Shown: positions 43,818-52,712, numbered from the stretch's first letter. The stretch: DNA of 64,000 bases from an uncultured Lachnospiraceae bacterium (GCA_964498965.1 CAZCJU010000003.1:107-64106), one strand, 5' to 3'. Made by a program: numbers and translations. Notes: a model not told the origin generated them from the letters alone.

Positions 43818-46723
43818 TCTCCGTCACTCTCCGAGCCGTTTTGCGTATCGACATTATTCGTATCCGTATCGACGTTTGTATCGTCGCTTTCATCGGTCAT
43901 GACCGTATTCGTGTCGATATCGGTATCGGTATCTGTTTCGTCGGCAGCCGTTTCCTCCGTGCTTGTCGCAAGCAGTCGCTGTAACGAGGTCGTATAGCCG
44001 CTTCCGTCGGCACGAACCGCCGCAAGAAGCTTTTCCCGACGTTTTTTACGTTTTTTATAATCCGCAACGGTGCAAACGGCAACGACAGCAATGCCGACAA
44101 CGCACAGCACGCAACCGACCGCAAAGCCCTGCGGCACATAACTCATTTCGATCGTATGCTCGCCCTGTGACACACGGAAGCAGAGCAACGAATCGAGTGA
44201 TTTTTCAAGTTTAACCTTTTTACCGTCGACCTTGACTGTCCAGCCCTTATCATAGGGAATGGATGTATAGACAAGCTCGTCGCCCTCTGCGATATCGATA
44301 TTTCCTTTTATGCTCGTGTCGGAAAAGTCCTCGATGAATATTTTGCTTTCTCTCAGCTCCTCTATCGCTTCCTCGAACGCCTGTGAGTCGAAATAGAAGA
44401 AATAGTTTTGATTTTTATAAAAATACAAATCCTTATCCTTGAGCTTAAGTCTTACGGTGATTTCCTTGCCCTCTTCATAGGTGCCGATATTTTTTATCGT
44501 ATGCGTTTCGTTACCCATATAAGAGCCTTTGGAAACCAACGCACCGCTTCTGCCGTTTTCGCCCTCGGCAACGGAGAGGGTGACCTCGCGGGGATACTTC
44601 GACGGGAAGTGGATATATATATCGCCGGAATATTTCGTTGTGAATTCGTACTCGACATAGCCCGACGAATCCTCTTCGAGCAAGGCATATTTTTTATGTC
44701 CGCTCGCACTCGCCTCACGAACGCCGTCGGTGGTGACGCTCACGTTTTCTATCGGCTTGAACACCTCAACCTCACGTCCGAGCATAGAGGAAATGATACC
44801 GTTCAGCACCTCGGGTGCGGGAGCTTCATCGGCTATTTCGTATTCGGCGAGAGCTTCGTTTACTCCGAAAAGTATGGGCAGGCAATACGGGTTTTCGTAG
44901 GCATACAGCATATCGCCCTTTTCGCTCGTTGCGTCGGGATAGTCGTACATGAGTTTATACTGTTCACACAAGTCGTCCTTATTAGACAAAACGTATTTTA
45001 TACCGAGCAGGGAGTCGGAAACGGGGTTACCGCCTGCGTATCTCGACCAATGTGACTTCGAGGCGTAGCCCATTTTATTGAGCAGGTGTATTACCGAAGC
45101 ATTCAGCGTCGAGGTGGAGTTGGTAACTCCTCGCATTTGAAGTGCCATGTTGTCGTTGACCTTACGGTGTACCGTTTTTTCCATTCGGTACAGGCTTATA
45201 TCCTCGCTCTGCACCTTTTTCACAAGCGGCGACCAGCGGTCCATAAATTCGACGTAGCTCGTTCGGGTGGAATAATAAACATCCTCATGCAACGACAGCG
45301 TATCGTAGACACCGTTTAAAAACAGTTCAAGACAGACGACGGAGAGCAATACCGCCGATGCACCTCGGTAATTTTTTTTGCAATAGCCCCAGATAAGAGC
45401 GAGCAGAACGCCGAGCATTATTACGGTGAACCAGATGCAGAATATGTCGTCGATAAATTCGAAATCCATCGTCTGCACGAAAACGACGCACAAGCCTATA
45501 ACGGCGGTGCAGGAAAGCACCGTGCGGAACATCGTACCGTCGAGAAAACGGAACGCCTCGTAGGCAAAGACGATCACGAGGAAGCAGAACATGAAGCTGT
45601 AGCGGTAATTCAACCAGTTCGGACGTTGCATTCCGTGCCAGAAGAGGTCTACCGTCGAAGCGGTGAACGAAAACACCATGAGAGCGAGAATTATGCCGCT
45701 CATTATTTTTTCTCTGCCCTTTATCCGCTTTGTGACAAAATATACCGGCAACATAATAAGCGAAAGTACGCCGCAGTATATGAACGGCAGCCCCTCGGGG
45801 CGAACCGTATCATACGAGTTCGGCAACATTTGCGTGAATACGTTTATGTAGTCAAATTTCGATTTAAACTCGTAATTCGGATTCGAAAACGTGTTTTTGC
45901 CGAATTGCAATGAAAAATATGCGGGTATTATTATTATCGAAGCGATCATTGCCGCCGCAACGGAGCAAAGCAACCACTTATAAAAAGTGAAAAAGAAGCG
46001 TGTGAAGTCCTTTAACGTGTATTTCGAAATGTAATAGTAGAAAAAGTACAAAGTGGAGAATATCGCCATCATGAATCCGATGTAAAAATTCGAAATGAAG
46101 CACAGGGCGAGAGTGACGGTGTAAAGCGTGAATTTGCCCGTGTGGCAGATACGCTCGATCCCCAAGGCTATCAACGGCAGATAAATAAGCGAATCTATCC
46201 ACATCGTGTTGTTTGCCTGAACGACGGCGTAGCTCGTCAAAGCGTACATCGTCGAGAACATCACGACCGTAAACGGTTTCGACGGACGGCTGTTGTGCAG
46301 ATAGTAGCCGAACGACAGACCCATTGAGCCGACCTTGAGCAGCGTCATGGTAAGCAAAAACTCCGTGATCCCGTCTTCGGGGAAGAATACGGACAAAAGT
46401 GCAAACGGCGAAGCGACGTAGTAAGCGTAAATTCCGGAAAATTCGCCGCCCAACGCCCGATACCAGGAGTAGAACGGGCTTGCGTCGCCCTGCAGGATAT
46501 CGCGCATGGCTTCGAAATAGTACACGTACTGACCGTTCAGGTCAAGCACAAGCACGGATTTTTCGCCAAACGGGTAAACGCCCCGTATTATAAATATGAA
46601 CCAGTTTATCAGCAGAGGAAGCAGAAAGCAGACGAGCAGATACAGCTTGTCCGAGTTTTTTATCCTCTGCCATAACGACGGCTTCTTCAGCGAAAGAAGC
46701 GGTAATGTATTTTGTGCGGTCAT
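43814..46723 (-). CDS. YfhO family polytopic membrane protein (putative glycosyltransferase) with acidic C-terminal tail
   Basis: YPFGEKSVLVLDLNGQYVYYFEAMRDIL..FYSWYRALGGEFSGIYAYYVASPFALL is the YfhO N-terminal signature. 969 aa. The tail is TEETAADETDTDTDIDTN..DTNVDTDTNNVDTQNGSESDGE. Confidence 0.8.
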   Translation of the reverse strand: MTAQNTLPLLSLKKPSLWQRIKNSDKLYLLVCFLLPLLINWFIFIIRGVYPFGEKSVLVLDLNGQYVYYFEAMRDILQGDASPFYSWYRALGGEFSGIYAYYVASPFALLSVFFPEDGITEFLLTMTLLKVGSMGLSFGYYLHNSRPSKPFTVVMFSTMYALTSYAVVQANNTMWIDSLIYLPLIALGIERICHTGKFTLYTVTLALCFISNFYIGFMMAIFSTLYFFYYYISKYTLKDFTRFFFTFYKWLLCSVAAAMIASIIIIPAYFSLQFGKNTFSNPNYEFKSKFDYINVFTQMLPNSYDTVRPEGLPFIYCGVLSLIMLPVYFVTKRIKGREKIMSGIILALMVFSFTASTVDLFWHGMQRPNWLNYRYSFMFCFLVIVFAYEAFRFLDGTMFRTVLSCTAVIGLCVVFVQTMDFEFIDDIFCIWFTVIMLGVLLALIWGYCKKNYRGASAVLLSVVCLELFLNGVYDTLSLHEDVYYSTRTSYVEFMDRWSPLVKKVQSEDISLYRMEKTVHRKVNDNMALQMRGVTNSTSTLNASVIHLLNKMGYASKSHWSRYAGGNPVSDSLLGIKYVLSNKDDLCEQYKLMYDYPDATSEKGDMLYAYENPYCLPILFGVNEALAEYEIADEAPAPEVLNGIISSMLGREVEVFKPIENVSVTTDGVREASASGHKKYALLEEDSSGYVEYEFTTKYSGDIYIHFPSKYPREVTLSVAEGENGRSGALVSKGSYMGNETHTIKNIGTYEEGKEITVRLKLKDKDLYFYKNQNYFFYFDSQAFEEAIEELRESKIFIEDFSDTSIKGNIDIAEGDELVYTSIPYDKGWTVKVDGKKVKLEKSLDSLLCFRVSQGEHTIEMSYVPQGFAVGCVLCVVGIAVVAVCTVADYKKRKKRREKLLAAVRADGSGYTTSLQRLLATSTEETAADETDTDTDIDTNTVMTDESDDTNVDTDTNNVDTQNGSESDGE

Positions 46724-46761
46724 GTTGTTCCTTTCCGAAAATTCGAAGCTTCGATTATTCT

Positions 46762-47748
46762 TTATTTTTGTCGGATCCGCGATTGCCGATCGAGCAGTGC
46801 GTCCAGGATCGATACCGTTTCGTCAAGCGTTTGAGTGCCGTTTATCGCAACTCGTGCCTCCGTCGCACCGTCAACGCCTTTAAGATATCGGCAAAGGTGC
46901 TTTCTTACCTCAAGCAGACCGATATGACCTTTTTTTTCGACCGCAAGCTGTACATGCCTTTTCGCCGAAAGGATCTTTTTTCGGCCGTCGGGCGGTGTGT
47001 ACGGCTTTTTGTCGAGATACGAAATTATTTCTTCGAAAACGCATGGTGAGCCGAACGCAGCACGCCCTATTGCCACCCCGTCGCATTTCGTGTATTCAAG
47101 CACCCGCTCGACCTCTTGTCCGCAGGTGATGTCGCCGTTGGCTATGACGGGGATCCCGAGCTTGCTTTTTATCTCGGCGACCGTTTCGTATTCCACACAG
47201 TCGGGAGCATATAATTGCTTTCTCGTCCTGCCGTGTACGCATACCATCGAGGCACCCGATTGCCAAACGGCATATGCCAGCTCGGGTGCGGTCAAATGCT
47301 CGCTGTCTCTGCCTGTCCTCATTTTCACCGTCACCGGTACGGGGGATACCTTGACCGCCGCTTCTACGAGCCGTGCGGCAAGCGGTATATTGTCCATGAG
47401 TGCCGATCCCTCGCCGTTCGACACTATCTTTTTGACCGGACAGCCCATATTTATGTCGAAAAACAAAGGCAGTCTGTCCGTTTGGGATAACGCCTGTACG
47501 GCGTAGGCAAGTTTGTCGGGATCCGAGCCGAACAGCTGTATGCCGCACGGGCATAGCTCGCTTTGTATGTCTGCGAGTGCCGCCGTCTTTTTGTCGCCGT
47601 AGTAAACGGCAGCGGCGGAAACCATTTCGGTCACGGTAAGCTCCGCACCGCTCTCCGCACAGAGCATACGCATTGTTGAATCGGTGACGCCCGCCATGGG
47701 AGCCAGCATTACACCGTGTTTAAATTCGGCATTACCTATTTTTAACAT
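46762..47748 (-). CDS. dusB: tRNA dihydrouridine synthase (DusB-like)
   Basis: LAPMAGVTDS..FDINMGCPV.KIV..G.GSAL is the TIM-barrel Dus pattern. 328 aa. Confidence 0.9.
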   Translation of the reverse strand: MLKIGNAEFKHGVMLAPMAGVTDSTMRMLCAESGAELTVTEMVSAAAVYYGDKKTAALADIQSELCPCGIQLFGSDPDKLAYAVQALSQTDRLPLFFDINMGCPVKKIVSNGEGSALMDNIPLAARLVEAAVKVSPVPVTVKMRTGRDSEHLTAPELAYAVWQSGASMVCVHGRTRKQLYAPDCVEYETVAEIKSKLGIPVIANGDITCGQEVERVLEYTKCDGVAIGRAAFGSPCVFEEIISYLDKKPYTPPDGRKKILSAKRHVQLAVEKKGHIGLLEVRKHLCRYLKGVDGATEARVAINGTQTLDETVSILDALLDRQSRIRQK

Positions 47749-47844
47749 TTTTCTGCTTTCATATTTGCTTTCACAGTCATATTTATTTTATCAAACATAT
47801 GTGAACTTGATATTAACTATGAAAAGTGATTTTTGAAACCTTGT

Positions 47845-48342
47845 CTACCATTCGAGGCGGTGCAATTTGCCTTCGGTGAGCATTCCGCAAAAATCACGCT
47901 GTCTGAGAGCCTCGTATATGCCGACGGCGGCGGAATTCGAGAGGTTTAAGCTTCGCAAGCCGTCACGCATCGGTATGCGGACGCAGGAACTCTCGTGTTG
48001 CTTGAGCAGCTCCTCGGGCAATCCCGCACTTTCTTTGCCGAAAACGAGGAAAACTCTTTTCGGGTACATAACGTCCGTGTGCCGACGTTTCGCCTTTGTG
48101 GAGTAAAAAAACATCGACTCGTTTTTGTTTATTTCCATGAAAGCGTCGAGAGAATCGTAGTACGTGATGTCGAGAGCGTGCCAGTAGTCAAGTCCCGCAC
48201 GCTTCAGCTTTTTGTCGTCTATTTGAAAGCCGAGCGGCTTGACCAAATGCAGAGCCGCACCCGTCGCGGCACACGTCCTGGCTATGTTTCCGGTGTTTTG
48301 CGGAATTTCGGGTTCTATCAGTGCTATATTGATATCGCTCAT
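47845..48342 (-). CDS. trmL: tRNA (cytidine/uridine-2'-O)-methyltransferase TrmL (SpoU family)
   Basis: Trimmed to ATG 48342 after AGGAGG. The IALIEPEIPQNTGNIARTCAATG N-terminus and SPOUT-knot C-terminus (LNLSNSAAVGIYEALRQ) fit TrmL. Confidence 0.85.
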   Translation of the reverse strand: MSDINIALIEPEIPQNTGNIARTCAATGAALHLVKPLGFQIDDKKLKRAGLDYWHALDITYYDSLDAFMEINKNESMFFYSTKAKRRHTDVMYPKRVFLVFGKESAGLPEELLKQHESSCVRIPMRDGLRSLNLSNSAAVGIYEALRQRDFCGMLTEGKLHRLEW

Positions 48343-48366
48343 TTTTCGCCTCCTGTAAATACATAT

Positions 48367-48396
48367 ATTATCGCACATTTTCGGTGCTTTTGTCAA
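48367..48396 (-). promoter_or_regulatory. Candidate sigma-A promoter for trmL
   Basis: Minus strand TTGACA (48396-48391), 18-nt spacer, GATAAT (48372-48367). A tandem 12-mer lies just upstream (48405-48429). Confidence 0.4.
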
Positions 48397-48593
48397 TACA
48401 TTTTTCGTAAATACCGCTCGTAAATACCGAAAAAACAACGCCTTTGCAAAAAACAACGCACCTCTCTCGCAAGCCTTGATATTTCGCCGGTCACGCAAAG
48501 CTTAACCCTATCTTCCGAATCTTCCCCGCTCTGTTCCATCGCAAGCCCTCCGCTTCAGAGAACGGACCGTAGCTTGCACTCTCTCAAGTCCAA

Positions 48594-48700
48594 GCCTTCC
48601 TCCTTAAGGGAAGGCTACGGGAGAGGAGGCTGATACTGCCGCCTTCTCCGAAAGGGACGGCTTTATGAGGGGAGGAAAGATAAAGGTTAACGAGAGTGAG
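48594..48700 (+). repeat. Degenerate copy D of the hairpin repeat family
   Basis: GCCTTCCtccttaaGGGAAGGC plus TACGGGAGAGG (48594-48626). GCCGCCTTCTCCgaaaGGGACGGC plus TTTATGAGGGG (48638-48672). Further GGTTAACGAGAG unit. Confidence 0.6.
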
Positions 48701-48730
48701 GGAATGTATCGGTGAAGCGGACGGACGGTA

Positions 48731-48773
48731 GAGAAAAAGCCTCCCTTTACGAGTGAGTTCGGGGGAGGCTTTT
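48731..48773 (-). terminator. Rho-independent terminator after dockerin-protein gene
   Basis: Minus strand AAAAGCCTCCCCC-loop-GGGAGGCTTTTTCTCT. GC-rich 7-9 bp stem followed by a T-run. Confidence 0.65.
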
Positions 48774-48817
48774 AAGTTATAGGGCAGACGGTTATGAAGG
48801 AGGGGGTAAGGAGAAGA

Positions 48818-50695
48818 TCAATTGTGTTGTGCGAGGTCGTTTGCGAGTGCTATTACGTCGTAAACATCGATCCTGCCGTCTTCGTTAATATCGCAATCCG
48901 ACAGATCGGCATTAAGTTTACCGTTCACATAAGCGTCGAGCATAAGCACGTCCTTAAGGTCGGTGGTCCCGTCGCCGTTGGGATCTCGGTTTATCTTTTT
49001 CGGTGCCGTATCGATCGCCGAAGTACCGTACCATTTTCCGTCCGACACGTTCCATTTTGAGCTTGACGAATCGTAATACACCGTCACGTTACTGCCGGAG
49101 AACGATCTTTCCGAAGCCTTCGGTTCATCGCCGCCGAAGGTGATCTCCAATTCGCCGTTTACATTCGCAAATGCTCCGTCGCATATTTCCGACACGTCGT
49201 ATGTTATTCCGTTCGAGGTTATCCGTGCCGGCAGGCTCACCGCCGTTGTATTTTTGCTCATTCCGCATCCCGACAGGCCGCTCGTATTTCCGATGCGAGC
49301 CGTACACGATGACGGATCGAGGGTATAAATTATTCCGTTTTCGTCCTTATATCTGTTATAAAACAGTTTTTTTGCCGATATCTGAACACGGTTTTCGGTC
49401 CTGTCACCGGAATAGTCGTCGCAAAGCGAATAAAACAGCTCGCCGTCTTTCACTCGCAGTCCGTAAAGGTTCATATAATTATACGGTTTTGTGTAAGTAT
49501 ATACGGTCGAAGTGTTTGCACCGTCGAGGTCTACGGAATAAACGGCATCCGAGGTGTTATAATACAAGGTGTTTCCGTATACGGCGATACCGAACGAGAA
49601 CATATAGTATCCTCCGCTCGGTGCGTACCAATACGCCGCTTTTTTGAGAACACGTTCGGTCGTCGGCGTATCCGCATCGATATCGGCGGTTCTGAGTATT
49701 TCACACGACGAGCCGTATCCCGAGGAATAGTACCATTCCCCATCGCGATGCTCTATCGGGCATTTCAGGCTTCTCCATGCACGTGCTTCGTACTCGGTCG
49801 AGGTCGGAAATTCCGTTGTCGTCTGCAAAGCCGTGCCAAGCTCGTCCCACGTCGAATGCGACGTCGAGGTCGCTTTTATTCCGTCATCGGACAGCAGAAA
49901 ATTGTTATGATAAACTCTGCCGACCATATCCCACGCCGGGTCATCCCATGTAACATCCACGTGATACCAATACGAGCCTATTTTGACTATATTCCACGAA
50001 TGGTTCAGCTCCGTACTCGGCACTACGTTTGCCGGTATACCGAGCCGGTTCAATATGTATTTATACAGATACGAATAGCCCTGACACACGGCGTTTTCCT
50101 CGCACAACGCTCCGTATGCGGTATACACGCTGTCGTCCGGATCGTTGCCGAGCAGCACAGCCGCATCGTATCCGCAATTCAGCACGATACGGTCATGCAC
50201 CCACAACGCCTGTTCCGCCGTTCCGTCTATCTCGCTTGCCGCCTCGACGAGCTTATTCGCACGTGTATTGAATTCCCCGATCTGTTTTTCGACCTCATCG
50301 GGAGTGCCGTTGAGGAAGAAATAGATAGAGTAGAGATAATTTCCCGAGCGGCTGTATGAAAACGACAGCTTAAGGAAGAATATTTCGGTATAACGCTTAA
50401 GGAACGAATCGGCAAAAGTCTTTATATTTTCGGTCGGGATCTTGTAATCATAAAGATTAAACATGATCTTATATGCGTCACGTGACGAATCGTACGTATA
50501 ATTCGAAAGATCGAATATTTTTTCGCGCATTTGCTTACCGAGTTCCTCGTATATGTAGCCGCCGTCGCTCTCCCCGACGGGCAAAGCGGCGGCATCGTCG
50601 TTCTCGCCTCTCGCCTCGATAAAAGGCAGAGCCGTTAAAACCGCAACGACGCACAGCAGACAGGCAAGCGATCTTTTCAAGTATACGTTAAGCAT
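48818..50695 (-). CDS. Secreted multidomain protein: transglutaminase-like core, beta-propeller-like region, BspA-type LRR, C-terminal type-I dockerin
   Basis: Signal peptide MLNVYLKRSLACLLCVVAVLTALPF. Cys-His-Asp core CQGYSYLYKYILN..NHSWNIVKIGSYWYHVDVTWDDP. Dockerin duplicated Ca-loop DPNGDGTTDLKDVLMLDAYV..DINEDGRIDVYDVIALANDL. Confidence 0.85.
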   Translation of the reverse strand: MLNVYLKRSLACLLCVVAVLTALPFIEARGENDDAAALPVGESDGGYIYEELGKQMREKIFDLSNYTYDSSRDAYKIMFNLYDYKIPTENIKTFADSFLKRYTEIFFLKLSFSYSRSGNYLYSIYFFLNGTPDEVEKQIGEFNTRANKLVEAASEIDGTAEQALWVHDRIVLNCGYDAAVLLGNDPDDSVYTAYGALCEENAVCQGYSYLYKYILNRLGIPANVVPSTELNHSWNIVKIGSYWYHVDVTWDDPAWDMVGRVYHNNFLLSDDGIKATSTSHSTWDELGTALQTTTEFPTSTEYEARAWRSLKCPIEHRDGEWYYSSGYGSSCEILRTADIDADTPTTERVLKKAAYWYAPSGGYYMFSFGIAVYGNTLYYNTSDAVYSVDLDGANTSTVYTYTKPYNYMNLYGLRVKDGELFYSLCDDYSGDRTENRVQISAKKLFYNRYKDENGIIYTLDPSSCTARIGNTSGLSGCGMSKNTTAVSLPARITSNGITYDVSEICDGAFANVNGELEITFGGDEPKASERSFSGSNVTVYYDSSSSKWNVSDGKWYGTSAIDTAPKKINRDPNGDGTTDLKDVLMLDAYVNGKLNADLSDCDINEDGRIDVYDVIALANDLAQHN

Positions 50696-50763
50696 ATCGG
50701 TCCTCTTTTCCGTACCGGCACTTTTGCGACCTTAAATGCGAAAAACCGCACCGGCACGACTAT

Positions 50764-50792
50764 ATCTTAACACATATTCGATAAAATTGCAA
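50764..50792 (-). promoter_or_regulatory. Candidate sigma-A promoter for dockerin-protein gene
   Basis: Minus strand TTGCAA (50792-50787), 17-nt spacer, TAAGAT (50769-50764). Confidence 0.4.
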
Positions 50793-50886
50793 CACCTTTT
50801 TCGCCATTCGAAATATTTTTGTGCAATGTCACAGTTTTTTGACGTAAAATTTGTGGATCATGCCGAAGCAAAATCCGCTCGAGCCG

Positions 50887-51051
50887 TCAACACGGGCAGT
50901 CACAGCCGTTTTCTTTCTTCTTTTTTCTTTTGCGGCATTTGAAAATACATAAATGCATACAAAACACGGCGGCGGCAACGATCGCCGCCGCTACGGCGAG
51001 CTTGCAGTTGACATGCTTTGAACAGCACGGACCGAATTGAGGCTTGCTCAT
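50887..51051 (-). CDS. 54-aa Cys-rich small membrane protein (resembles FeoB-associated Cys-rich membrane protein family)
   Basis: Internal ATG at 51051 lies 8 nt after GGGAGG. Sequence MSKPQFGPCCSKHVNCKLAVAAAIVAAAVFCMHLCIFKCRKRKKKKENGCDCPC: one TM helix, a K/R cluster, then a CDCPC tail. 9 Cys in total. Confidence 0.55.
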   Translation of the reverse strand: MSKPQFGPCCSKHVNCKLAVAAAIVAAAVFCMHLCIFKCRKRKKKKENGCDCPC

Positions 51052-51316
51052 AATTTTTTCCTCCCGAAGCATTGTTTTTATTCGATAAGGGTTTTGTCCC
51101 GTCGCTCTATGCGGCAAGTGCATTCGGCAGCCGGATCGTATCCCGCACCGAATTATGACCGAAACGTACCGCTCGAGAAGCGGGGGACATTCTTGTCTGA
51201 GTTATTATTTACCGTTTTATGCGATATTATTCCGAATAAAAAACTCCGTACATTTCGTAAAGAAGATGTTTCGCCTGTTTTCCGGATCTACGGAAATACT
51301 GTTCGGATAACGCAAA

Positions 51317-51350
51317 TATCCCGTCCGCTCTAAACAGAACAGACGGGATA
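51317..51350 (-). terminator. Possible terminator after adhesin gene
   Basis: TATCCCGTC (51317-51325) and GACGGGATA (51342-51350) form a 9-bp stem. On the minus strand it is followed by ATTTGCGTTAT, a weak U-tract. Confidence 0.4.
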
Positions 51351-51365
51351 AATTATTTTATTCGC

Positions 51366-52712
51366 TTATTTCGCAAAAAGCTTTTTCTTTTTGCCGTAAA
51401 TCGCCGTTCCTACCAAAGCACCGCCGCTGACAAAGAAAAGTGTGATCCAAAGTGCCGTGCGGCTGTTGTCGCCGGTCTGCGGAGGAATTACCTCGGGAGC
51501 TTTTCCGACTACCGTATCGGCAAGAGCGATTTCGTTTTCGCCGTTTGCATCGGCAAAATATTTACCGCATTCCTCGCAGTGCCAATATTCGATATTGCCT
51601 TCGGTTTCGACGGTTGCCGCTTTTGCTTCGGTGTGCTTCAGCGTGGTGTGGTTATCGGCATTTACTTCGCCGTATTCCTCGTCGCAGTATTCACACTTTG
51701 CTTTATGCGTGCAATCGGCTGTACCGCCTGTGTGAACGCATACATATCCGCATTCCGTGCAAACGCCGTCTTCCCACTCGTGTTTTTCGAGAGCAACCTC
51801 TACCGCACCGCAGCATTTACGCTTTTGTTCGTGCTGTGTTTCGTTCTTTGTTGTCCACTCTTTTTCATCGGTGTGCTTATTTGCGTTCACCTCGCCGTAT
51901 TCCTCGCCGCAGACTTCGCATTTCGCCTTGTGCGTGCAGTCGGCTGTACCGCCCGTATGTCCGTAGTTTACGGTAACGGTAATCTCGGTAGTATTACCTG
52001 CCTTGTCTGTAACAACAACGGTCTGTGTACCCTCAGCAGGCAACAGGGTGAACTGTCCGTTTGTAAGCGTAACGGGATTGCCGTTTACCGTCACGCTTGC
52101 AATACCGTCATCATCCGAAGCTGTTACAATCTGTGCCGAGCAGTAGGTTTTACCGTCCGTAAGACCGCTGATCACAGGCCGGTCCGTAACCGTCAAGGTT
52201 ACGCCGTCATAGTACCCGAATTTCGATGTTGTGAAGGTGTAATGCATTCCGGCTTTGAATTCAAAATCATCTGCACGGCCGACGTCATCACCGTTTATAG
52301 AGGCAATCCATATCGAATCTCCCGGTGTCGGATTGGTAATGCAGAAATCATAGATGCCCGCCGGAATCTCAATAGTCTGCGAACTGCCGTAACGTACGAC
52401 TGCCTCCGTATCGCGCGTCCAACCGGCATCTGCGGGAATCTTGTAATCAAAGGCGGAATATACCTCCTCGGTGGAGTCTTTGCGCATGGCAAGTGCGCCT
52501 ATGCTGCCAAAACGGATGCCGTAGGCGGTTGCGGTGGAATCCAGCAGCATCTGGTAGCCGGAGTCATCGCCCCAGTCGCACTGACTGACGAGCGTAACGG
52601 TGGCGTATCCTTCTGTTGCCGTAGTTGTCGCCGTTGTCGTAATCGGTGTCAGCGGCAGAAGCGAAAGCACCATACACAAAACAAGTACTGTGTTTTGAAT
52701 TCGTTTTTTCAT
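51366..52712 (-). CDS. Cell-wall-anchored surface protein (adhesin-like N-domain, Ig-like region, Cys/His repeat modules, PQTG sorting signal)
   Basis: Signal peptide MKKRIQNTVLVLCMVLSLLPL. GYQMLLDSTATAYG resembles the cleaved-adhesin/DUF2436 motif. Two 30-aa repeats HTGGTADCTHKAKCE(V/Y)C(G/D)EEYGEVNA(N/D)(K/N)HT (nt 51870-51959 and 51645-51734). C-terminal PPQTGD plus TM plus KKKK. Confidence 0.8.
   Translation of the reverse strand: MKKRIQNTVLVLCMVLSLLPLTPITTTATTTATEGYATVTLVSQCDWGDDSGYQMLLDSTATAYGIRFGSIGALAMRKDSTEEVYSAFDYKIPADAGWTRDTEAVVRYGSSQTIEIPAGIYDFCITNPTPGDSIWIASINGDDVGRADDFEFKAGMHYTFTTSKFGYYDGVTLTVTDRPVISGLTDGKTYCSAQIVTASDDDGIASVTVNGNPVTLTNGQFTLLPAEGTQTVVVTDKAGNTTEITVTVNYGHTGGTADCTHKAKCEVCGEEYGEVNANKHTDEKEWTTKNETQHEQKRKCCGAVEVALEKHEWEDGVCTECGYVCVHTGGTADCTHKAKCEYCDEEYGEVNADNHTTLKHTEAKAATVETEGNIEYWHCEECGKYFADANGENEIALADTVVGKAPEVIPPQTGDNSRTALWITLFFVSGGALVGTAIYGKKKKLFAK

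Noticed and set aside
51052-51365. Assignment of the leader of the Cys-rich peptide to a known riboswitch class
   Set aside because: No consensus I can recall fits (TPP, SAM, cobalamin, glycine, fluoride, ZTP, guanidine-I/II, NiCo, yybP-ykoY). A single GGAT-cgt-ATCC hairpin is not enough to call guanidine-II. I left it as an unclassified structured leader.
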